A stretch of DNA of 32,000 nucleotides from Desulfobulbus propionicus DSM 2032 (GTDB lineage: Bacteria; Desulfobacterota; Desulfobulbia; Desulfobulbales; Desulfobulbaceae): assembly GCF_000186885.1 (NCBI RefSeq), contig NC_014972.1:3270001-3302000 (forward strand), read 5' to 3'. The position numbers and the translations under genes were made by a program. Shown here piece by piece: positions 26,138 to 32,000 of the stretch (the stretch's first letter is position 1; each line of letters opens with the position of its first letter). The notes under the pieces are model-generated. The model was not told the DNA's origin, did no database searches, and saw nothing but the letters and a program-made list of their open reading frames with translations.

Positions 26138-26437
26138 ATGAAGAAACGATTACTGCGGTTATGGTGGGCGTTCCTGACCCTGGTGCTGTTTGCTCCGAGC
26201 CTGTCCCTGGCGGCGGGTGGCGGGAAAAGCGCCCCCATTGTCATTGTTGCCGATACGCGCAAACTGGACGGCATCATGGCTTGGTGGGCCAACTTGTACA
26301 ACGAAAGTCACGTGTACTTCATGATCCTGACCATCATCATCATTCCCCTCACCGGCGTGATCTTCGGTGTCCTAGCGGACATCATCATGGGTTGGATCGG
26401 CATCGATCTGAAATCCCGCGAACTGGCTGAACATTAA
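26138..26437 (+). CDS. Small signal-peptide-bearing membrane protein (99 aa) of unknown function
   Basis: ATG preceded by GAGGAG; MKKRLLRLWWAFLTLVLFAPSLSLAAGGGKSAPIVIVADTRKLDGIMAWWANLYNESHVYFMILTIIIIPLTGVIFGVLADIIMGW. The ORF track starts upstream at 25886. Confidence 0.85.
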   Translation: MKKRLLRLWWAFLTLVLFAPSLSLAAGGGKSAPIVIVADTRKLDGIMAWWANLYNESHVYFMILTIIIIPLTGVIFGVLADIIMGWIGIDLKSRELAEH

Positions 26438-26458
26438 TTCGATTTCAAGGAGACCCTC

Positions 26459-27514
26459 ATGGACTGGCTTTATATTCTCATGCCCATTGCCGGTGTTAAG
26501 ATTTTCTGGCCCGGCCTCATTATCCTCGGTATCGGCGTTGGTATCATTGGCGGTTTCTTTGGCATGGGCGGTGCCTGGATGGTGACCCCCGGCCTTAACA
26601 TTCTCGGTTTCCCCATGGCCTTTGCCATCGGCACCGACATCGCCCACATGGCCGGAAAATCACTCATCTCCACCATGCGGCACGGCAAGTTCGGCAACGT
26701 TGACTACAAACTCGGCATGATCATGCTGGTCGGCACGGTGGTCGGCTTCGAGTGCGGCGCCCAGATGGTTATGTGGCTGGAGCGCCTTGGTTCGGTGGAA
26801 AAGGTTGTCCGCTGGATCTATGTCGGCCTGCTGCTGTTCATTGCCTGGACCGTCTTCCACGATGTGGCCAAACGCAAGGCCAAAGAGAAGGCTGCCGCTG
26901 AAAAAGGCGAGACCCTGGAAGCCGGCGCCACCGGTGTCGAGTGGCACAAGACCCTGCACAAGATCAAGATCCCGCCGATGGTCCATCTCAAGGCCGCTGG
27001 CATCTACTGCTCCGCCTGGCTGCCGATCTTCGTCAGTTTCCTTACCGGTTGGCTGGCCGGTATCCTCGGTATCGGCGGCGGTCTGATCCGTATGCCCGCC
27101 CTGATCTACATGATCGGTTGCCCGACCCATGTTGCCGTCGGCACCGACCTGTTTGAAGTGGCCATTTCCGGTCTGTACGGTGCAGCCACCTATACCTTCA
27201 AGGGCCGGACCGAACTGGTCGCCGCCATGGTCATGCTCGTCGGCGCCGCCATGGGTGCCCAGGTTGGCGCGGTCGCCACCAAGTACATCAAGGGCTACGG
27301 CATCCGTATCATCTTCGGCTACGCGGTTCTCGGCTGCATGGCCTCCATCCTGATGAAGCTCGTCCAACCCTGGCTGCCGCAATACAAGGATCTGCTCAAC
27401 AACATGGCCACCATCACCGTTCTTGGCCTGATCACCGCCATGTCGGCCTACATCTTCATCAAGATGGTCCAGGGCGTGAAGAAGGAATTGGCCATGAAAC
27501 AACAGAAAATTTAA
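26459..27514 (+). CDS. TauE/SafE family (sulfite/organosulfonate-type) exporter
   Basis: GIIGGFFGMGGAWMVTPGLNILGFPMAFAIGTDIAHMAGKS and repeated half WLAGILGIGGGLIRMPALIYMIGCPTHVAVGTDLFEVAISG. Confidence 0.92.
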   Translation: MDWLYILMPIAGVKIFWPGLIILGIGVGIIGGFFGMGGAWMVTPGLNILGFPMAFAIGTDIAHMAGKSLISTMRHGKFGNVDYKLGMIMLVGTVVGFECGAQMVMWLERLGSVEKVVRWIYVGLLLFIAWTVFHDVAKRKAKEKAAAEKGETLEAGATGVEWHKTLHKIKIPPMVHLKAAGIYCSAWLPIFVSFLTGWLAGILGIGGGLIRMPALIYMIGCPTHVAVGTDLFEVAISGLYGAATYTFKGRTELVAAMVMLVGAAMGAQVGAVATKYIKGYGIRIIFGYAVLGCMASILMKLVQPWLPQYKDLLNNMATITVLGLITAMSAYIFIKMVQGVKKELAMKQQKI

Positions 27515-27538
27515 TCCGGATCGCATAAGGAGACCAGA

Positions 27539-28153
27539 ATGAACGTGAAACAGATACTGCTCACCATGGCCGCGGCCGCCATGGCCATGACGCTCACGGC
27601 ATGCAAGGAAGATTACGGCAAGGTGGAACAAGGTCGGGCCATCGCCTTTGACAAGGACAAGAAAGAGGTTACCCTGATCCATGACAGCGCCATGGATCCC
27701 CAGAAACCGGTGTACGATGTCCTGCCTCCCTCGGTGTTCAAGCTGCCGACCGATCCCAAGGAAACAGGCCCCGAACCCAAGGCCGGGCAGCGTTTGAAGC
27801 TGGACACGGACAAGAAAATCATCGTGATCTTCGACACCAATACCCAGAAAATCGTCGAGGTGCCGATCACCATCGTGGATCTGCAACAGCCCGTCGACAA
27901 GGAGCATCCGCTGGTGTATGACAAGGCCGAGAAGAAGGCCAAGAAGTTCCCGGCCGTGGACAAAGAGAAGAAGACCATCACCATTTACTCCGGTCGCCAG
28001 AAAATGCTCTGCACCTTCTCGGTCCCGGACCAGTACTTCAGCTATCCTGACAGCACCTGGGACGCAGGCGATGAAGTACGGCTCTACTACAAGACAGCTG
28101 GCCAATCGCTGCGGTTCATGAACATCTCCAAAACCGATATCTTCAAGAAGTAA
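27539..28153 (+). CDS. Lipoprotein of unknown function (DUF4881-like)
   Basis: MNVKQILLTMAAAAMAMTLTACKEDYGKVEQGRAIAFDKDKKEVTLIHDSAMDPQKPVYDVLPPSVFKLP...: lipobox LTAC; GGAG ribosome binding site. The DUF assignment is from memory. Confidence 0.85.
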   Translation: MNVKQILLTMAAAAMAMTLTACKEDYGKVEQGRAIAFDKDKKEVTLIHDSAMDPQKPVYDVLPPSVFKLPTDPKETGPEPKAGQRLKLDTDKKIIVIFDTNTQKIVEVPITIVDLQQPVDKEHPLVYDKAEKKAKKFPAVDKEKKTITIYSGRQKMLCTFSVPDQYFSYPDSTWDAGDEVRLYYKTAGQSLRFMNISKTDIFKK

Positions 28154-28208
28154 AGGCTCCACAGCGGGCGGGAGTCATCCCGCCCGCTGCTCCACCGAGA
28201 GGTTGACC

Positions 28209-28430
28209 ATGTCGGACTATACTTTCTTTCTCTTGCACAAACTGTTGGTGATCGGAATCAACTGCCTGGTGGTCCTGGCCCTGTTCATCGCCATGTATCG
28301 CGCCTCGCTTTATCCGGACGATTTTAATCTCACCTTTTTCAAGACCATCTTTTCCCTGCTCATCCCCACGCTGATCCTCGGGTGCATCGGCAAACGATTC
28401 CTCCGCAGCCGTTGCAACACCTCGATATGA
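28209..28430 (+). CDS. Small two-TM membrane protein
   Basis: MSDYTFFLLHKLLVIGINCLVVLALFIAMYRASLYPDDFNLTFFKTIFSLLIPTLILGCIGKRF. The stop overlaps the next start (ATGA). Confidence 0.78.
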   Translation: MSDYTFFLLHKLLVIGINCLVVLALFIAMYRASLYPDDFNLTFFKTIFSLLIPTLILGCIGKRFLRSRCNTSI

Positions 28431-29266
28431 CCGCAGGCTTTGGATTCGTCATCTGGCAAAAACGCGCTGGCCTGGTGGCCATGGTGTTGCTGGTGGCGGC
28501 CCTGCTGTCCCTGGCCGACGCGCTTGTGGGCGGCTTCCGGGGCGGGGGGGGGCTAATCGAACTCCTCCCCGGCGATCACTATCTCATCAGCGGCCCCCTG
28601 CCGCCACGAACCGAGGCAATCAGGGATTTTGTCATCGATGGCCAGCCCGATGATGGCTCGGTTCGCCTCATCCCGAAAACCATCTTTTCCGGATACTGGT
28701 TCGGCGGGTCGATGTGGCGCGGAGCCATCGAGGTCGATCCCCATGCCCAGGAAGGCCACCATGTGTTTCGCGTCAAGGACCCCTACGGCGAAAAACAGAA
28801 TCCCGCGCTGGTCTTCAATGTCCGCGTTTGGCCCGACCAGGCCACCCTCAATGCCCATTCGCCTTCGCTCCTGACCCGGCTGACCGGAGTGAGCCCCTTC
28901 GTCGTCGCCGTTGCCTTCGCCTTGGGCGGCATCGCGGGGATGGCGGCCAATTTCCTTTTCGGACGTTTGTGGGCGCGGCATCTCCACACCCACCACTGTG
29001 GCGAAATTTACAAGCTCCGCCAGACGGAACGAGGCACGGAAATAACCTGTGAACTTCACTGTGGCCGAGCCCTCCAACCCGGCATGGACGGGGCAGTCTA
29101 TCGACCATCTGGCGAGCTTTTGGGCGCAGCCAAGGTGATTAACTGTGAAAACGGCGAGGTCTTGCTGCTGATCAGTCAGTCCATTGATGTGCGTTTGGGC
29201 GATGTCGCCTGTGTCCAGGTCGAGAGCAAGCAGAATGGCTCGGAGAGGGGCAGCTCCGCCGTTTGA
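28427..29266 (+). CDS. Membrane protein of unknown function with extracytoplasmic domain and soluble C-terminal domain
   Basis: MTAGFGFVIWQKRAGLVAMVLLVAALLSLADALVGGF...(TM: GVSPFVVAVAFALGGIAGMAANFLFG)...HCGEIYKLRQTERGTEITCELHCGRALQPG. Translationally coupled to the preceding gene. Confidence 0.8.
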   Translation: MTAGFGFVIWQKRAGLVAMVLLVAALLSLADALVGGFRGGGGLIELLPGDHYLISGPLPPRTEAIRDFVIDGQPDDGSVRLIPKTIFSGYWFGGSMWRGAIEVDPHAQEGHHVFRVKDPYGEKQNPALVFNVRVWPDQATLNAHSPSLLTRLTGVSPFVVAVAFALGGIAGMAANFLFGRLWARHLHTHHCGEIYKLRQTERGTEITCELHCGRALQPGMDGAVYRPSGELLGAAKVINCENGEVLLLISQSIDVRLGDVACVQVESKQNGSERGSSAV

Positions 29267-29401
29267 AAAAGAATTGACAACCCCAGCCATGCTTTGTAGG
29301 GATTACAGGCGCATAACAGGGCGTGATCCGTAACGGGCACCGTGTCCGTCTGTGTGGCACACCGCGGCATCGGCAAAGGCATGGTAGGGGAAGAGTCAAG
29401 A

Positions 29402-29440
29402 CACACGTTGACACAGGGTATTTTTTCTCACCACACGTTG
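29402..29440 (+). repeat. Direct repeat CACACGTTG x2, 30 bp apart, upstream of a kinase gene
   Basis: CACACGTTG at 29402-29410 and 29432-29440 in the 29267-29491 intergenic region. Confidence 0.6.
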
Positions 29441-29491
29441 CATCCCGATTCCAGGAGGGTAGCCTGACGGGGCCGGGATAAGGATTCCACC

Positions 29492-31144
29492 ATGGAAAGA
29501 AACTATCGAAAACTCTGGTGGCAGCACTGTCTGGCCATTATTTGTTTTTCCGTTGTTCCCCTGTTGTTCGTCAACATCTCCCTCTACGTGCTCTTTGACC
29601 GGATATACACCGACACGGTCACGGAAACCCTGCGGAGCTCGGCCGAAAACCGACGCGACGCCATCGACCTGTTTTTTTCCGAGCGTATCGCCCAGCTGTT
29701 CACTGTCGCCAACACCAACACCTTCAAGGACCTCACCGACGAGAACTATCTCAACCGCGTGTTCGACATCATGCATGCCAAGTCCACTTCCTACATGGAT
29801 ATTGGCATCATTGACAACGAGGGCCGCCACCTCTCCTATGTTGGCCCCTACTACGACCTGCTCAAACAGGTCAACTACAAGAACGAACCCTGGTTCAACG
29901 CCGTCAAGGCCAACGGTATCTACATCAGCGACATCTTCATGGGGTATCGCAAGGTGCCTCATTTCATTATCGCGGTCATGGTTCGGGAGAAGAGTACCTC
30001 CTGGATCCTGCGGGTGACGATCAACCTGAAGAACATCGACGACATCGTCCATAAGGCGTGGATCGGCACCCTGAGTGATGCCTACATCGTCAACGGCAAG
30101 AATATCCTCCAGACCAGGCCGCGCTTCGGCGGCGACTTCCTTGAACCCGCCGGTGGACCGGATTTTTCTTCAACCGTGGCCACCAAGATCTCCCGACTCG
30201 CCTATAAAGGCAGCGAGGCGTTCTACGCCGCCATTCCCGTCGCCAACACCAAGTGGGTGCTGGTGATCAAGGAAAATCCCGATGAAATTCTTTCCCCGCT
30301 GCAAAAGGGCAAATATTGGATGGCCTTCCTTTCGCTGCTGGGCTTGACCATCATCGCCACCGGCGCCGCCTTGTTCACCAACACCCTGATCAACCGCATC
30401 GAGGAAACGGATCGCGAGAATGCCGCCAATTCCGATATGCTGCTCCAGGCCAACAAGATGATCGCCCTCAGCAAGATGGCTGCGGGCATCGCCCATGAGG
30501 TCAACAATCCCCTGGCTTCGATTTCCGAAAAGGCTGGTTGGATGAAAGACCTGCTTGCCGAAGAGGATATCGCCGCCAGCCCCAATTTCGCCGAGTTCAG
30601 TGAATCGATCGACAAGATCGAGTATCATGTCGACAGGGCAAGAAAAATAGTTCACAACCTGCTTGGTTTTGCCCGAAGAATGGAACCAGCCAAAGAGAAG
30701 ATCAACATCAACAACCTGCTCGACGAAACGACCGGATTGCTGGAAAACGAGGCCCGGTATGTCAACATCCTCATCAAAAAGCAGTATGCGGAAAATGTCC
30801 CGGTGATCACCAGCGACCTGTCCCAGATCCAGCAGGTGGTGCTCAACCTGCTCAACAATGCCATCGACGCCATCGGCAGTGACGGCACGATCACTGTCGG
30901 CTCGCGCTATCTTGAGGACACCGACCAGGTGGAGCTGTGGGTCGCCGATACCGGCAAGGGCATACCTGAAGCCGAGCAGAGCAAGATCTTCGAACCGTTC
31001 TTCACCACCAAGGCTGTTGGCAAGGGCACGGGCCTTGGACTTTCCATTTCATACAGCATTATCGAAAAGCTGGGCGGGAAAATGCGGGTTCAGAGCAAGG
31101 TAGGCGAGGGAACGATGTTCACCATTCTTCTTCCGAAAAATTAA
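29492..31144 (+). CDS. Membrane sensor histidine kinase with dCache-like sensor domain
   Basis: [35 protein letters not shown]; [26 protein letters not shown]; [15 protein letters not shown]; [34 protein letters not shown]. Confidence 0.95.
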   Translation: MERNYRKLWWQHCLAIICFSVVPLLFVNISLYVLFDRIYTDTVTETLRSSAENRRDAIDLFFSERIAQLFTVANTNTFKDLTDENYLNRVFDIMHAKSTSYMDIGIIDNEGRHLSYVGPYYDLLKQVNYKNEPWFNAVKANGIYISDIFMGYRKVPHFIIAVMVREKSTSWILRVTINLKNIDDIVHKAWIGTLSDAYIVNGKNILQTRPRFGGDFLEPAGGPDFSSTVATKISRLAYKGSEAFYAAIPVANTKWVLVIKENPDEILSPLQKGKYWMAFLSLLGLTIIATGAALFTNTLINRIEETDRENAANSDMLLQANKMIALSKMAAGIAHEVNNPLASISEKAGWMKDLLAEEDIAASPNFAEFSESIDKIEYHVDRARKIVHNLLGFARRMEPAKEKININNLLDETTGLLENEARYVNILIKKQYAENVPVITSDLSQIQQVVLNLLNNAIDAIGSDGTITVGSRYLEDTDQVELWVADTGKGIPEAEQSKIFEPFFTTKAVGKGTGLGLSISYSIIEKLGGKMRVQSKVGEGTMFTILLPKN

Positions 31145-31150
31145 GGGTAC

Positions 31151-31537
31151 ATGATGGATACGTTGCGGGTTTTATTTGTGGATGACGAGGATGATTTTCG
31201 GGAAACCATTGTCAAAAGGCTGAATGCAAGAAAAATCCAGGCCATGGGTGCCGAAAGCGGTTTCAAGGCCCTGGAAATTCTTAAAGACCACGATTTTGAC
31301 GTCATGGTGCTGGACGTCAAGATGCCGGGCATGGACGGGATTGAAACCCTGCGGCACGTGAAGAAGATGAAACCGGAGATCGAGGTCATCATGCTCACCG
31401 GTCATGCCTCGGTGGAGTTTGGCCTCAAGGGCATGCAGCTCGGTGCCTTTGACTATGTGATGAAACCGGCGCCGCTCAACGAACTGCTCGACACCATCGG
31501 TCAGGCCTACAACAAGAAACGTGGCGTGATTCACTGA
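31151..31537 (+). CDS. Response regulator (REC only)
   Basis: MMDTLRVLFVDDEDDFRETIVKRLNARK...VMVLDVKMPGMDGIETL...MLTGHASVEFG...VMKPAP. Confidence 0.95.
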   Translation: MMDTLRVLFVDDEDDFRETIVKRLNARKIQAMGAESGFKALEILKDHDFDVMVLDVKMPGMDGIETLRHVKKMKPEIEVIMLTGHASVEFGLKGMQLGAFDYVMKPAPLNELLDTIGQAYNKKRGVIH

Positions 31538-31652
31538 AAGAGCCACGTCAGCGAAATGCTGGCCGTCATGCTTCCATGTCCGGCCGCCACCGGACAGCAC
31601 GGCAAGCAGGCAGGGCGCAACGGTATCGCATTGTGACGGAGAGGCCGAACCA

Positions 31653-32000
31653 ATGAGAGTCTGGGATACAAGTCATCTGCTCGATGATATACCGGCCAGC
31701 AAAACCGCTTCCACCGAGCATGTCTACGACTATACCGACAGTCAGGCCAACCTGAACCGCATTCGACAGCACTTCAAACAGCTCCAGACCCGGTTGATCC
31801 TGGGCTTGGTGGTCGGCTTTCTGCTGCCCAACGCCCTGCTTTCCGCCTACTTTCATTACCAGTTTGCCCATACCCTGAAAAACAGCGCCAAGCTCAATCT
31901 GATCGCGGTGGCGGAGAGCCAGAAAAACACTATCGATCTCTACCTGCAGGAACGGCTGGTCAATCTGTACAACCTGTTCCACAGCAAGGAATTCACCCTG
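31653..32000 (+). CDS. N-terminus of a further membrane sensor protein, probable dCache histidine kinase (truncated at right edge)
   Basis: Open from ATG 31653 to the window end: MRVWDTSHLLDDIPASKTASTEHVYDYTDSQANLNRIRQHFKQLQTRLILGLVVGFLLPNALLSAYFHYQFAHTLKNSAKLNLIAVAESQKNTIDLYLQERLVNLYNLFHSKEF. Resembles the N-terminal layout of the 29492 kinase. Confidence 0.8.
   Translation, partial: MRVWDTSHLLDDIPASKTASTEHVYDYTDSQANLNRIRQHFKQLQTRLILGLVVGFLLPNALLSAYFHYQFAHTLKNSAKLNLIAVAESQKNTIDLYLQERLVNLYNLFHSKEFTL

Noticed and set aside
26660-28162. 500-aa minus-strand ORF opposite the TauE/SafE and lipoprotein genes
   Set aside because: It is antisense to well-supported genes with ribosome binding sites and family motifs. 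Its His/Asp-rich composition is typical of a high-GC shadow frame.
29341-29366. TGGCACACCGCGGCAT as a sigma-54 promoter for the 29492 kinase
   Set aside because: The spacing to the GC element is one base short (GG-N9-GC) and the -12 T tract is absent.
1-32000. Search for CRISPR arrays, tRNA/rRNA genes, IS elements, integrases, toxin-antitoxin or phage-defence genes
   Set aside because: I saw no regularly spaced repeats, transposase motifs or recognisable RNA genes. The unusual content here is regulatory and translational recoding rather than mobile.

Overview
The window is ordinary chromosomal DNA, high in GC, from what looks like a Desulfobulbales-type sulfate-reducing deltaproteobacterium (taxonomy is inferred from gene content only). 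I see no rRNA, tRNA, CRISPR array, IS element or phage. On the minus strand it encodes: a pseudo-receiver/GAF/class III adenylate cyclase (truncated at the left edge), a Mn-dependent inorganic pyrophosphatase, a Bax inhibitor-1 family protein, minCDE, a radical SAM/SPASM protein with a small thioredoxin-like protein, an ACR3-type arsenite permease, a large two-component/phosphorelay block with a sigma-54 activator and kinase, and a membrane-anchored sigma-54 activator. On the plus strand it encodes: rarA, an UshA/metallophosphatase-like protein, ArsR plus an ArsP-like permease, a membrane-embedded spermidine-synthase-like protein, a TauE/SafE exporter operon, and a dCache kinase/response regulator/kinase cluster. 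The strongest unusual signal is an in-frame TGA at 2951-2953 in the UshA-like gene. It creates a CGU motif and is followed by a hairpin whose GGUCU loop sits at exactly the same spacing and codon register as in the E. coli fdhF SECIS. The downstream 278-codon frame contains no ATG, so I call this a selenoprotein. Other points of interest are a Cmk-like/BON-like/receiver fusion heading an apparent multistep phosphorelay operon with a sigma-54-like promoter, a transmembrane sigma-54 activator with a winged-helix-like C-terminus opposite a sigma-54-like promoter, and a structured leader RNA ahead of the TauE operon.
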